Below, piece after piece: positions 1-9,289 of a stretch of DNA of 64,000 nucleotides. A program made the translations under genes and the position numbers. The notes under the pieces were generated by a model, which saw only the letters and a list, made by a program, of their open reading frames with translations, ran no database searches and was not told where the DNA came from. The DNA is taken from positions 52,405-116,404 of the forward strand of contig CAYQJX010000004.1 of the NCBI GenBank assembly GCA_964417965.1. Direction: 5' to 3'. Source of the DNA: an uncultured Elusimicrobiaceae bacterium. GTDB lineage: Bacteria; Elusimicrobiota; Elusimicrobia; Elusimicrobiales; UBA9959. Position 1 is the first letter of the stretch. Every line of letters starts with the position of its first letter.

Positions 1-1
1 C

Positions 2-397
2 CTGGACGCCTTCCCCAAGGACCGCTACGAGGGCCGGGTGCTGGCCATCTCGCATGAATCCTCCCTGAAGGACGGCGTCATAGTTTACGAGGTCAAGCTC
101 CTGCCCGTCCGCCATATCCCCGTGCTGCGCTCCGGCATGACCGCCGATGTGCTGATCATCACCGGCAGCAAGCCCAACGTCATGACCATCCCCAGGAGAT
201 CGGTGAAATACCGCGACGGCGACGCCCTGGTCTCGGTGAAGGCTTCCGCCGAGGCCAAGCTGACCGAGAAGAAGATCACCGTCGGCGCGACCAACGAGAA
301 CGCCATCGAGGTGCTCTCGGGGCTCGCCGATACGGACACCGTCTATTATTCCACCGGCATCGCCAAGGAACGCTCCGGCTTCAACGTCTCCCACTAA
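2..397 (+). CDS. Membrane-fusion (HlyD/MacA-family) efflux adaptor, C-terminal fragment (5' end outside window)
   Basis: The reading frame is open from the window edge. The stretch ...YEGRVLAISHESS...LRSGMTADVLIITG...TIPRRSV resembles the C-terminal barrel of MacA/HlyD adaptors. Its stop overlaps the downstream macB-like start (TAATG). Confidence 0.6.
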   Translation: MDAFPKDRYEGRVLAISHESSLKDGVIVYEVKLLPVRHIPVLRSGMTADVLIITGSKPNVMTIPRRSVKYRDGDALVSVKASAEAKLTEKKITVGATNENAIEVLSGLADTDTVYYSTGIAKERSGFNVSH

Positions 398-2355
398 TGG
401 CGCCCCTCATAGATATCAGGAAGGTCTCCAAGACCTACACCACCGGGTCTTTCCGCGTGGAGGCCCTCAAAGAGGTCTCCCTGCAGATCAACGCCGGAGA
501 ACTGGTGTCGCTGGTGGGGCCGTCCGGCTCCGGAAAATCCACGCTGCTGCATATCATGGGCTTCCTCGACCGGGTCGACGGCGGCGAGTATTATTTCGCC
601 GGCCACCCCACGGCCAGCCTGGGCGAGGGCCGCCTGGCCGCCATCCGCAGCCGCATGATCGGCTTTATCTTCCAGTCCTTCCACCTTTTAAAGCGCACCA
701 CCGCCAGGGACAACGTGCTGCTGCCCATGGTCTATACGGGCCTGGGCACCAATTCAAAAAAAGCCCTCGACTGCCTGGCGCTGGTGGGCCTGTCGGACCG
801 GGTTAAACATAAGTCCAACGAACTTTCCGGCGGGCAATGCCAGCGGGTGGCCATAGCGCGCGCGCTGGTGAACGACCCGCTGGTGGTGATCGCGGATGAG
901 CCGACCGGCAACCTGGACGCCGTAAGCCGCCAGGAAGTGATGCAGGTCATAAAGGACCTCAACGCGCGCGGCCTCACCGTGGTGATCGTGACGCACGACG
1001 ACGAGATCTCCGCGATGACCGACCGGGTCATCCGCATGAAGGACGGGCAGATAGTTTCCGACGAGAGCCGCAGGCGCGCGGGGCCGGCGCCCGAAGCCGC
1101 CAGGACGGACCTCCCCCCGGCGCGCCTGAGCTTTTCCCCTTCCGAATTCTTCGAACAGCTGAAGGTGGCCTTCAAGGCCATCTGGAGCCATAAGATGCGC
1201 AGCGCGCTGACCATCCTGGGCATCTTCATCGGCGTGGGCGCGATCATCTCGCTGATGACGATAAGCGAGGGGTTCATGAAGAGCCTGCTCTCCGGGGCCA
1301 GCGAGGACGACGCCAAGAAGGTCTGGGTGATCCCTTACCGCCAGCACGGCAGGCCGCACCGGCGCTTTACCATGAACGACGTGGACGCCATCAAGGCCAA
1401 AGCCCCGCTGGCCGAGAAGATCACCCCTATCCTGGCGCGCGACCTGCAGATTTCCGCCGGCGACAGGCACGTGGACTCCAGCGTACAGAGCCGGGAGGGC
1501 TACACGCTCGAGGAGCAGGCGCCCCGCGACAAATTCTTCGAGAACCGCAAACTGACCGGGCGCTTTTTCACGAAAGCCGAGAACCGGGACAAAGCCCGCG
1601 TCGTGGTGATCAACCAGACCCTGTCCAAAAAACTCTTCGACTCCGAGGACGCCGTCAATAACGACATCAGGATCAACGGCATAAATTTCAACGTGGTGGG
1701 CGTGGCCGAGGACCACAAGGCCGAGCAGATCTTCGGCGGCAGGCCCACGGCCTATATCCCCCTCAATACCGCGGCCAAGCGCGTCTTCGGCTCCAGCCGC
1801 CTGGATTATATAGAGGTCACGGCGCCCGCGCCCGCGGACGCCCCCGAGACCCGGCGCCAGGTGATCCTGGCCCTGCGGTCGGAACGCGGGGCCCGGGAGG
1901 ACGCCGAGGACGATTTCGATGTGCGCACCTTCGAAGCCCAGATAGAGATGTTCAAGAGCACCATGGGCAAGCTGTCGCTGGTGGTCTACAGCATCGCGGG
2001 GATCTCGCTCCTGGTGGGCGGCATCGGCATCATGAACATCATGCTGGTCTCCGTGACGGAGCGTACGCGCGAGATCGGCCTGCGCAAGGCCCTCGGCGCG
2101 CGCAACTCGGATATTTTAAGCCAGTTCCTGATAGAGGCGGTGGTGCTCTGCCTGATAGGCGGGGCGCTGGGGGTGGGGCTGGGCTTCGGGCTGGGCTGGG
2201 CGGCCTATTTCTTCACCAAGGTGCCGCCGACGCTGGGGGCGGGGACGGTGACTTTCGCTTTTGGTTTTTCTACGCTGATAGGCGTGGGCTTCGGCTTCTG
2301 GCCGGCCCTGCGCGCCGCCATGCTGGACCCCATAGAAGCCCTCCGCTACGAGTAA
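397..2355 (+). CDS. macB: MacB-type ABC transporter, fused ATPase + FtsX-like permease
   Basis: Walker A GPSGSGKST, ABC signature LSGGQCQRVAIARAL and Walker B VVIADEPTGNLD are present. A large periplasmic region and FtsX-type TM helices follow. It sits next to an adaptor gene. Confidence 0.85.
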   Translation: MAPLIDIRKVSKTYTTGSFRVEALKEVSLQINAGELVSLVGPSGSGKSTLLHIMGFLDRVDGGEYYFAGHPTASLGEGRLAAIRSRMIGFIFQSFHLLKRTTARDNVLLPMVYTGLGTNSKKALDCLALVGLSDRVKHKSNELSGGQCQRVAIARALVNDPLVVIADEPTGNLDAVSRQEVMQVIKDLNARGLTVVIVTHDDEISAMTDRVIRMKDGQIVSDESRRRAGPAPEAARTDLPPARLSFSPSEFFEQLKVAFKAIWSHKMRSALTILGIFIGVGAIISLMTISEGFMKSLLSGASEDDAKKVWVIPYRQHGRPHRRFTMNDVDAIKAKAPLAEKITPILARDLQISAGDRHVDSSVQSREGYTLEEQAPRDKFFENRKLTGRFFTKAENRDKARVVVINQTLSKKLFDSEDAVNNDIRINGINFNVVGVAEDHKAEQIFGGRPTAYIPLNTAAKRVFGSSRLDYIEVTAPAPADAPETRRQVILALRSERGAREDAEDDFDVRTFEAQIEMFKSTMGKLSLVVYSIAGISLLVGGIGIMNIMLVSVTERTREIGLRKALGARNSDILSQFLIEAVVLCLIGGALGVGLGFGLGWAAYFFTKVPPTLGAGTVTFAFGFSTLIGVGFGFWPALRAAMLDPIEALRYE

Positions 2356-2517
2356 CACAAAGCTACGGCCGGCCTGTCACCGGGCCCGGAACGCAAAAAC
2401 GGCGTCGCGCACACCGTGCGCGCGCCTGCCGCTCTCGGCCTCGGCGCTTACGCAAGCCTCGGCCTCCGAGAGGCTTTTGCTAACCCGGGCCCGGCGCCAG
2501 ACCTGATTGCCTCAAAT

Positions 2518-3948
2518 CTAATACGCGTTGTAAAGCTCGAGCAGGAGTTCCTCGTGCATTTTGTCGGCGGCGGCGCCGGGCATGGAGTAGTTGTTGAGGA
2601 TGGAGGTGAAGACCAGGGTCTTGCCCTTTTTTGTTTTGAGATAGCCCGTGTAGGAGCGCACGCCGTTGAGCGAGCCCGACTTCAGCCGCAGCCCCTTCTC
2701 CAGCGGCGTCCCCTTGCCCAGCCCCCTGACGTGCCCGGTAGCCTCCGGGTCCCCGGGGTATACCAGCGAGTCGTAAAAAACCGGAAAATAGTTTTTCTTA
2801 GACACCGCGGCCAGCAGGTCCGTGAAGGTTTCCGCCTTCGTCATGTTGCGCCAGGACAGGCCGCAGGCGTCAACCAGCTTCAGCTCGGAAACATCCGCCC
2901 CGTTGACCGCCAGAAAATCCTTTACGGCCGCCAGGCCGGCCTCGGCCTTGCCGCCGCCCAGCTGCCGCAGCAGCAGCTCGGCGTACAGGTTGAAGCTGCG
3001 CTTATTGGTGACCCGCACCGCGTCCTTAAGCGGCCTGGAAACCGTTTCGGCTATGAGCTCGAGCTTCGCCCCCTGCGCCGGCGCCCCCCTGAAAGGCTTT
3101 TTATTGGAGTTAACCCCCGCCCGGGTAAGATAGGCGCCAAAACTCTGCGCCGCGAACAGGGCGGGGTCCGGCAGGGCGCCCTTGATGGCGAATTCCGCGG
3201 CGCCTTGGGGGATGCTGCCGCGCAGCACCGCGGTCGTCTGGCCGGGGAAGGCGTAGATGTAGCCGTTATCGCCCGAGCCGGCGGGACCGGTCTTCATATA
3301 GTTCTCGAACTTAAGCCCCTCCACGAACGGCTCGGTGCGCAGCACCGCCGCTTCGCCGCCCACCCCGGCGGCGGGCTTAAGATAGAGCTTGTAGAGCCCG
3401 TCGTTAGAGGTCAGGGCTGAAGGCTGGGCCGCGTAATAGTTGCCGATGTCCTCCCAGGCCCAGGAGCCAGGCTGCACGCTCTCGAAGGCAGAATCGTCTC
3501 CGACCACGGAACCGTTGACGACGTTTATCCCGGCGGCCTTCACGGCCGCGGCCCACTCTTTAAAAACTTCCTCCAGCGGGCGCGCGTCCTTTATCAGCTG
3601 CGAGCCCAGCGACGGGTCCCCGCTCCCTTTGAGATACAGGTTCCCGTTGAGGAAGCCGTTGACCACGGCGCCGTCGCGGTAGAGCCTGGTGGTGAAGGTT
3701 TTCTCTGGCCCGAGTTTTTCCAGCGCGGCGGCGGCGACGAAAACTTTCAGGATGCTGGCCGGGGTAAGGTTCAGCTCCGGGTTCAGCTGCGCCACGGTCC
3801 GGCCGGAGAGGTCTTTTACGCTCAGGCCCCAGGAGGCGTTCTTGACGCCGGGCGCGGCGGCCAGGGCCCGTATCTTCGCTTTAATATCGGCGGCGTCAGA
3901 CGCGGGAACGAGCGCCAGGAAAGCCAGAGAAAAGAGGATCGTCTTCAT
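2518..3948 (-). CDS. dacB: D-alanyl-D-alanine carboxypeptidase/endopeptidase (PBP4, peptidase S13)
   Basis: N-terminal signal peptide and SxxK motif (ASILK). The length (476 aa) and overall sequence are typical of PBP4. Confidence 0.8.
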   Translation of the reverse strand: MKTILFSLAFLALVPASDAADIKAKIRALAAAPGVKNASWGLSVKDLSGRTVAQLNPELNLTPASILKVFVAAAALEKLGPEKTFTTRLYRDGAVVNGFLNGNLYLKGSGDPSLGSQLIKDARPLEEVFKEWAAAVKAAGINVVNGSVVGDDSAFESVQPGSWAWEDIGNYYAAQPSALTSNDGLYKLYLKPAAGVGGEAAVLRTEPFVEGLKFENYMKTGPAGSGDNGYIYAFPGQTTAVLRGSIPQGAAEFAIKGALPDPALFAAQSFGAYLTRAGVNSNKKPFRGAPAQGAKLELIAETVSRPLKDAVRVTNKRSFNLYAELLLRQLGGGKAEAGLAAVKDFLAVNGADVSELKLVDACGLSWRNMTKAETFTDLLAAVSKKNYFPVFYDSLVYPGDPEATGHVRGLGKGTPLEKGLRLKSGSLNGVRSYTGYLKTKKGKTLVFTSILNNYSMPGAAADKMHEELLLELYNAY

Positions 3949-3991
3949 AGGTGAAAGTATATCAAATCAAAAAATGATAAATTATCCGTCT

Positions 3992-4912
3992 ATGAAACTG
4001 CTGCTCGCCTGTGCCCTCGCCCTGGCCCCCTCCCTGACGCGCGCGGAAGAACCCGCGGAAAAGCGCACCACCCTGGAGATAGAACTTGACCCGTATTACT
4101 CCGCCATAGGCGTCTACAACAGCCTGACCGGCAAGCCCATCCCCCACCTGGAGGTGGAGTCGGAGCTGGAGATCTACCGGGAGCTTATAACCAAATTCTA
4201 CCATCCCCGCACGCTTATCGTAGAAGCGAGCTTAAACCCTATGCCCTACGCCGGCACGCTGATAAAGAGGCACGAGCCCGGCTTTTACAAGGGCATGCAG
4301 TTCGGGGATAATTTCAACGCGGTACAGGCGGCCACGGCCGGCTTCGAAGAGCCGTGGGCGCTCTCCTTCTTCCTCGGCAACGTGGTCTCCTTCGATACCA
4401 TCAACAAGTCCCTGCAGGGCAAGCGCAACGGCTATTCCGGGCTGCTCATAGACCTGGGCACGCACCATATCAAGGACAACGTGCTGATAAGGGAGGGTTG
4501 GATGCAGATGGAGGGCAAGCTGAAAGGCGAGCAGATCCTGGCCGACCGCAGCCTGCGCTGGAGCTTCCGCGGCGGGGCCAAGTTCCACGAGAGCCGCTAC
4601 ATCGCGGATTCTTTCTTCGTGGGCTTCCGGCGCAGCCGCACCGATTTCAAGGAGAAAGGCAGCTTCTGGCTGCTCAACAGCGGTTTCGAATACACCTCGG
4701 ACTTCTCCCAGAAGAAGCTGGAGCCCATACGGCATTACCTGGTGGTGGATAAAAAATTCCCGATGAAGAAGTCCCGCATGGCCTTCACGCTGGGGCTGGG
4801 CTTCGTCTGGACGGCGGACAAAAAATATTCCGGCCCGCTGTCCAACAGCGCCGCCGGAACCAAAGCCCCCAACAGTTTTCAGTTCATCCTAAGGCCCAAC
4901 CTGGAATTCTAG
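3992..4912 (+). CDS. Hypothetical secreted / outer-membrane protein
   Basis: The start was moved to the internal ATG that gives signal peptide MKLLLACALALAPSLTRA. The upstream part of the track ORF is antisense to dacB. The C-terminus ...LRPNLEF ends in Phe, as in OM beta-barrel proteins. I recognise no family. Confidence 0.5.
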   Translation: MKLLLACALALAPSLTRAEEPAEKRTTLEIELDPYYSAIGVYNSLTGKPIPHLEVESELEIYRELITKFYHPRTLIVEASLNPMPYAGTLIKRHEPGFYKGMQFGDNFNAVQAATAGFEEPWALSFFLGNVVSFDTINKSLQGKRNGYSGLLIDLGTHHIKDNVLIREGWMQMEGKLKGEQILADRSLRWSFRGGAKFHESRYIADSFFVGFRRSRTDFKEKGSFWLLNSGFEYTSDFSQKKLEPIRHYLVVDKKFPMKKSRMAFTLGLGFVWTADKKYSGPLSNSAAGTKAPNSFQFILRPNLEF

Positions 4913-4960
4913 AAACCCATCGACGGCATCCCTGGCACACTGCGGGGATCCGGGCGGACC

Positions 4961-5875
4961 CTATTTCCTGCTGTAGCGGCCGCTCTTCATGGCGTCGAAA
5001 TAGGCGACTTCCCCCGGGGTGAGGAACCTCGGGGTGAGACCCGCGGCTTTTATACAGTCCAGTATGTAGAAAAGGGCGGTAAGCACTTCATTTACGGCTT
5101 GCCCGGCCCCCCCCCCCAGCGCCTCGGGGGAACAGTAGAGCGCCTGGTCCGGGGAAAGAACGTTGGCCAGCAGGTAGTCCCTGCCGTAACGGGCCAGCGA
5201 CGCCGCATTGTGGGGAGTTAAGCCCCGCGCCGGCGGCGCAGCAGGATAGGCCGGCAGGACTAGCCGGCGCTTTATGGTCTCATTGACCCTGTCGTTGAGC
5301 TCCAGGGCGCCCTCCACCCCGGAGTGGGAGACCACCAGGCCGTGGTTGGCGAGGAAAAAAACCTGCGGCCCGCGCGGCAAGGCCCTCTCGCCCACGGCGG
5401 TGCAGAGCTGCGGGCCCGGCGACCGGTAAGGGAGGAACTCGGCGTTCGGGAACAGCCGGCGGCCGAGGCTATGGCCTTCGGCGCTCATGTTGAGGATATT
5501 GGCGTAGACCGAGTGGGTGTGGACGACCACCGTGTTGAGCAGCGCGTGAAAACCGGTCTCGATAGAAGGTTTGGCGCCAGGCACCCCCTTCACCTCCAGG
5601 GCCTGCGCGCAGATATAGTCGGAGAACGCCCCTTCCTCCCCGGGCCCGGCGGCGATGCGGCGCTTGATGTTGCCGTAGTTCACCAGGGCGTAGCCGGAGG
5701 CGGACGTCACGTCCTTAAGCTGCACGCCCGAGGCCTTTACCAGCATCCGCTCCGGGCCGATCTTGACGGAAACGTTGCCGCCGCCGCCCTGGGTCAGGTC
5801 GGGGCGCGAGCCCGCAGCCCTGGCCGCCTTTGCCAGCAGTTCGGGGCCGTTGTCCAGAGACGGGTCGAAAGGCAT
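4961..5875 (-). CDS. Class II aldolase/adducin-domain protein
   Basis: The N-terminal region (GGGGNVSVK...MLVKASG...VVHTHS) is typical of the class II aldolase/adducin fold. Its start overlaps the xerC stop. Confidence 0.65.
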   Translation of the reverse strand: MPFDPSLDNGPELLAKAARAAGSRPDLTQGGGGNVSVKIGPERMLVKASGVQLKDVTSASGYALVNYGNIKRRIAAGPGEEGAFSDYICAQALEVKGVPGAKPSIETGFHALLNTVVVHTHSVYANILNMSAEGHSLGRRLFPNAEFLPYRSPGPQLCTAVGERALPRGPQVFFLANHGLVVSHSGVEGALELNDRVNETIKRRLVLPAYPAAPPARGLTPHNAASLARYGRDYLLANVLSPDQALYCSPEALGGGAGQAVNEVLTALFYILDCIKAAGLTPRFLTPGEVAYFDAMKSGRYSRK

Positions 5876-6780
5876 TATTTCTTGGCCCTCGGGTGCGCCT
5901 TGTCGTAGACCTCTTTCAGGCGCTCCAGGGAAACGTGCGTGTAGATCTCGGTGGTCTGCAGGTTCTTGTGGCCCAGCATCTCCTGCACGGACTTCAGGTC
6001 GCAGCCGTGGTCGAGCATATGGGTGGCGAAGGAATGGCGCACGGAATGCGGATTCATGGGCCTGGCGAAACGGGCGCGCTTCGCCATTTTTTTAAAGATA
6101 AGCGCGATCCCGGCCCCGCTCAGGCGGGTGTTCTTGTGATTGAGGAAAAGCGGGTTGCCGTGGGCCAGCGGCTTCGGGCGGGTCTCCAGGTACTCGCGTA
6201 TCGCGAGGACGGCCTTATCCCCGACGGGCACCAGGCGCTCGCGCGATCCCTTGCCCATCACCCGGGCGAAGCCCGAGTAAAGGTCCAGGTCCCCGATATT
6301 CAGGCCCGCGGCCTCCGAGCGCCGCAGGCCGCTGGAATAGACCAATTCGAAAAGCGCGTAGTCGCGCAGCGCGGAGTAATAGCCCTTCTCCCTCGCGTTC
6401 ACCTCTTCCGGGCGGTTGTAATCCTGCAGCTTGCCCACTTCCCCCTCGGTCAGGAAGCGCGGCAGGCGCTTTTCTTTTTTGGGGATGGTGATCAGGTCGA
6501 AAGGGTCCGTCTCCAGCTGCCCGGTCTCCAGCAGGTACTGCACGAAAGAGCGCACCGCCGAGATCTTGCGGAGCAGGGTGTTGCGGGAAACCTTCCTGTC
6601 GCTTATGGAGGCGATGTAGCCGCGCATCAGCAGGCGGTCCAGGCCCGCCGGGGAGGCGGCCTTGCCGGCGGCGTAGGCGAGGAACTCCCCCAGGTCGAAC
6701 TGGTAGGCTTTTATAGTGTTCCTGGCGAAATTGCGCTGCGCCCTCAGGTGCAGCAGGAACTGGTCCACGAGCAGCTTCAT
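5875..6780 (-). CDS. xerC: Tyrosine site-specific recombinase XerC/XerD
   Basis: N-terminal SAM-like domain (TIKAYQFDLGEFL) and catalytic residues in LRRSEAAGL, HSVRHSFATHML and TEIYTHV. The chromosomal dprA-topA-xerC context fits. Confidence 0.85.
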   Translation of the reverse strand: MKLLVDQFLLHLRAQRNFARNTIKAYQFDLGEFLAYAAGKAASPAGLDRLLMRGYIASISDRKVSRNTLLRKISAVRSFVQYLLETGQLETDPFDLITIPKKEKRLPRFLTEGEVGKLQDYNRPEEVNAREKGYYSALRDYALFELVYSSGLRRSEAAGLNIGDLDLYSGFARVMGKGSRERLVPVGDKAVLAIREYLETRPKPLAHGNPLFLNHKNTRLSGAGIALIFKKMAKRARFARPMNPHSVRHSFATHMLDHGCDLKSVQEMLGHKNLQTTEIYTHVSLERLKEVYDKAHPRAKK

Positions 6781-6796
6781 AAGTAAATTCTAGCAG

Positions 6797-6831
6797 AAAA
6801 AAAACAGGACGGCGGGCTTTACCCGCCGTCC
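6797..6831 (-). terminator. Rho-independent terminator downstream of topA
   Basis: Perfect 10-bp GC stem GGACGGCGGG / CCCGCCGTCC (6807-6816 / 6822-6831) with a 5-nt loop. On the minus strand it is followed by an 8-nt U run (A run 6797-6804 on plus). Confidence 0.75.
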
Positions 6832-6852
6832 TTATCGCAGCGCCGCCAGGCT

Positions 6853-9030
6853 TCAGGCGGGCTTGTTCTTCAGGTTCAGCAGCCGCTCCACCTCTTCGGG
6901 CGTGGGCTGCTCTATGTTGCGGCATTTGGGGAAGCCCGAGCAGGCCAGGAAGTAGCCCCGCGCGCTCTTGCGCAGCAGCATCGCGTTCTTGCTGCACTTC
7001 GCGCAGATCTTCTCGGTCTTGATCGGGGAGAAGTACTCCTGCTTGTTGCCTTCCTTGTCCAGCGGCACCTTGCCCTTGCACTTGGGAAAGCGCGAGCAGG
7101 ACAGGTACTTGCCGAAGCGGCTCTCGCGCTGCACCATGGGGCTGAGGCACAGCGGGCACTTCTCGTCGGTCTTGATAACGTTCGGGCGGGACTTGGTCAT
7201 GTCCTTTTCCGCCGTGGCGAGCTCTATGGCGAACGGGCCGTAGAACTCCTTCATGAACTTCACCCAGTCCATGGTGCCGTCGGCGATATCGTCCAGCTTG
7301 TCCTCGATGGAGGCCGTATAGGAGATCTCCATGATGTCCTTGAAGAAATCCTTGAGCTTCTCGGTCACCAGGGCGCCCAGTTCGGTGATCAGGAGCTTGC
7401 GGTCCTTTTCCTTGTTGATATAGCCGCGGTCCACCACGTTCTTGATGATCACGGCGTAAGTAGAAGGGCGGCCGATGCCGTGCTTCTCCAGCGTCTTGAT
7501 GATGCTGGCCTCGTTGTAATTGGGCGGGGAGCTGGTCTTGTGCGCCTTGGTGGAGACGTCCTTGAGGACGACGACGTCGCCCTCCTTGAGCGGCGGGAGC
7601 GCCATCGAGCCTTCCTCGTCCTCGCCGGCCACTTCCTCTTCCTTCTCCTCCATGTAGATCTTCAGGTAGCCTTCGAACTTGATGGTGCGCCCGCTCGTGC
7701 GCAGCACGGCGCGCCCCTTGTCGTCGGAGAACTCCACGGAGAGCGAGTCGAAGATCGCCTCTTCCATCTGGCTGGCCATGAAGCGGCGCCAGATCAGGTC
7801 ATAGAGCTTGGCCTGGTCGGGGTTCAGGAACTGGCCGACCTCCTCGGGCCGCTTGTAGGCCGAGGTGGGGTGGATGGCTTCATGCGCTTCCTGCGCGCCT
7901 TTGACCTTCTTAAGATACGTCGGCGGCTTGGCCGGGCAGAAATCCTTGCCGTAGATTTCGGCGATGAACTTGGCCGCTTCCTTCTGCATGTCGACCGACA
8001 CGTTGAAAGAGTCGGTACGCATGTAGGTGATGAGGCCGGAGCGCTCGCCGCCCATCTCCACGCCTTCGTAGAGGCTCTGGGCCACCTTCATCGTGCGGTC
8101 CGAAGAGAAGCCCAGCTTGTTGTAAGCGTCCTGCTGCAGCGTGCTGGTGATGAACGGCGGCTTGGGCTTCTGGCGCACGGCCTTGGCGTCCACCTTGGAC
8201 ACGGTAAGCTTGGAATTGCGCAGGTGGGTGCCGGCCTCCACGGTGTCCTCGAGCTTCTTGAAGACGGAGGTCTTGTAGCGGTAGTCCTCGGCGAAGAGCT
8301 TGAGCAGGATAGTCTGCTCCACGGCGGCGCCGCCCCAGCGCACCAGCTTGGAGTCGAAGTCCTTGTAGCCGCTCTTGTCGCCCTCGGGCATCACCTTGGC
8401 GAGCCTGGTGTAAAGCGTGTAATAGTCCTCTTCCTTGAAGGCGGCTATCTCCTTGGCGCGCTCGGCGATCAGGCGCACGGTCACGCTCTGCACGCGCCCG
8501 GCGGACAGGCCGCTCTTTATCTTGCTCCACAGGAGCGGGGAAAGCTTGTAGCCCACGATGCGGTCTATGATGCGCCGGCTCTGCTGGGCGTTGACCAGCG
8601 CCATGTCCAGGTCGCGCGGGCTCTTGAGGGATTCCTCGATGGCGCTCTTGGTGATCTCGTGGAAGCTGATGCGCTTGAACGGCACGTCCGCCTTGATCGC
8701 TTCCCGGAGGTGCCAGCTGATGGCCTCCCCTTCGCGGTCAGGGTCGGTGGCCAGGTAGATCACGTCGGCGTTCTTGGCGATCGTGTTGAGCTCGGCGATG
8801 ATCTTCTTGGCCCGCTCCACGAGCACGTATTTGGGAGTGAACTCGCCGGCGGTATCTACGCCCAGTTCGTCCTTGGGCAGGTCGCGCACGTGCCCGAAAG
8901 AGCTGCGCACGACATAATTGGCGTCCAGAAAGCGGCTTATCGTCTTTTCCTTGGTAGGAGACTCGACAATGACAAGGTGCCGCTTGGCGGATTTCGAAGG
9001 TTTGTTAGGTTTCTCAGTTTTTTCAGCCAT
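6853..9030 (-). CDS. topA: DNA topoisomerase I
   Basis: TOPRIM start (LVIVESPTKEKTI), active-site region GLITYMRTDS and C-terminal CxxC zinc ribbons. 725 aa. Confidence 0.95.
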   Translation of the reverse strand: MAEKTEKPNKPSKSAKRHLVIVESPTKEKTISRFLDANYVVRSSFGHVRDLPKDELGVDTAGEFTPKYVLVERAKKIIAELNTIAKNADVIYLATDPDREGEAISWHLREAIKADVPFKRISFHEITKSAIEESLKSPRDLDMALVNAQQSRRIIDRIVGYKLSPLLWSKIKSGLSAGRVQSVTVRLIAERAKEIAAFKEEDYYTLYTRLAKVMPEGDKSGYKDFDSKLVRWGGAAVEQTILLKLFAEDYRYKTSVFKKLEDTVEAGTHLRNSKLTVSKVDAKAVRQKPKPPFITSTLQQDAYNKLGFSSDRTMKVAQSLYEGVEMGGERSGLITYMRTDSFNVSVDMQKEAAKFIAEIYGKDFCPAKPPTYLKKVKGAQEAHEAIHPTSAYKRPEEVGQFLNPDQAKLYDLIWRRFMASQMEEAIFDSLSVEFSDDKGRAVLRTSGRTIKFEGYLKIYMEEKEEEVAGEDEEGSMALPPLKEGDVVVLKDVSTKAHKTSSPPNYNEASIIKTLEKHGIGRPSTYAVIIKNVVDRGYINKEKDRKLLITELGALVTEKLKDFFKDIMEISYTASIEDKLDDIADGTMDWVKFMKEFYGPFAIELATAEKDMTKSRPNVIKTDEKCPLCLSPMVQRESRFGKYLSCSRFPKCKGKVPLDKEGNKQEYFSPIKTEKICAKCSKNAMLLRKSARGYFLACSGFPKCRNIEQPTPEEVERLLNLKNKPA

Positions 9031-9120
9031 AAATTAGATATCTATAATATTATATTTTATCCTTATAAGGCAAAGTGTAAGGCTGATTTCCGCCGGATTT
9101 AGCTGTGGGATGGACTCGGA

Positions 9121-9249
9121 GGGGCGGCCGGGGGGATTACCCCGAGCACCCGTTGGGGAAGGGAGGCTCAACCGGTTCCTCCGGTTGAGGGGAACCGCGC
9201 AACGGTTCCCTGCAGTCCGGGTGAGCGGGGTAATCCCCCCGGCTGCCCC
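9121..9249. ncRNA. Candidate structured RNA or MITE-like inverted-repeat element (class unknown) in the dprA-topA spacer
   Basis: A 24-bp closing helix pairs 9121-9144 with 9226-9249 (18 perfect bp plus one G.U on the plus strand). Tandem A.G/G.A sits at 9145-46 / 9224-25. A 6-bp helix pairs 9147-52 with 9218-23. Two adjacent hairpins lie at 9167-9189 (9 bp, loop TTCCT) and 9190-9210 (8 bp, loop CGCAA). A 14-nt purine-rich joiner spans 9153-9166. Confidence 0.4.
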
Positions 9250-9289
9250 AGGAGACATGTTACCGCACCTGCATTGCGCGAAATCAGAA

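Noticed and set aside
2440-2490. Possible terminator hairpins after macB (CGCGCAC..GTGCGCG and GCCTC-CGA-GAGGC-TTTT)
   Set aside because: The stems are short or imperfect and the T run is only 4 nt. This is plausible but too weak to list as a feature.
5875-6780. Tyrosine recombinase as a marker of a prophage or integrative element
   Set aside because: It has XerC/XerD-type sequence in the conserved dprA-topA-xerC chromosomal context. There is no adjacent tRNA, att-like repeats, or phage or transposase genes.
7480-9102. 540-aa plus-strand ORF over topA. Similar antisense ORFs occur at 2416-3420, 5830-6786, 9110-10129, 12775-14166, 38259-39632, 44953-46341, 46764-48611 and 52597-53817
   Set aside because: Each lies opposite a gene with strong family signatures. 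They are Arg/Gly/Ala/His-rich and lack motifs, and were treated as GC-driven artefacts.
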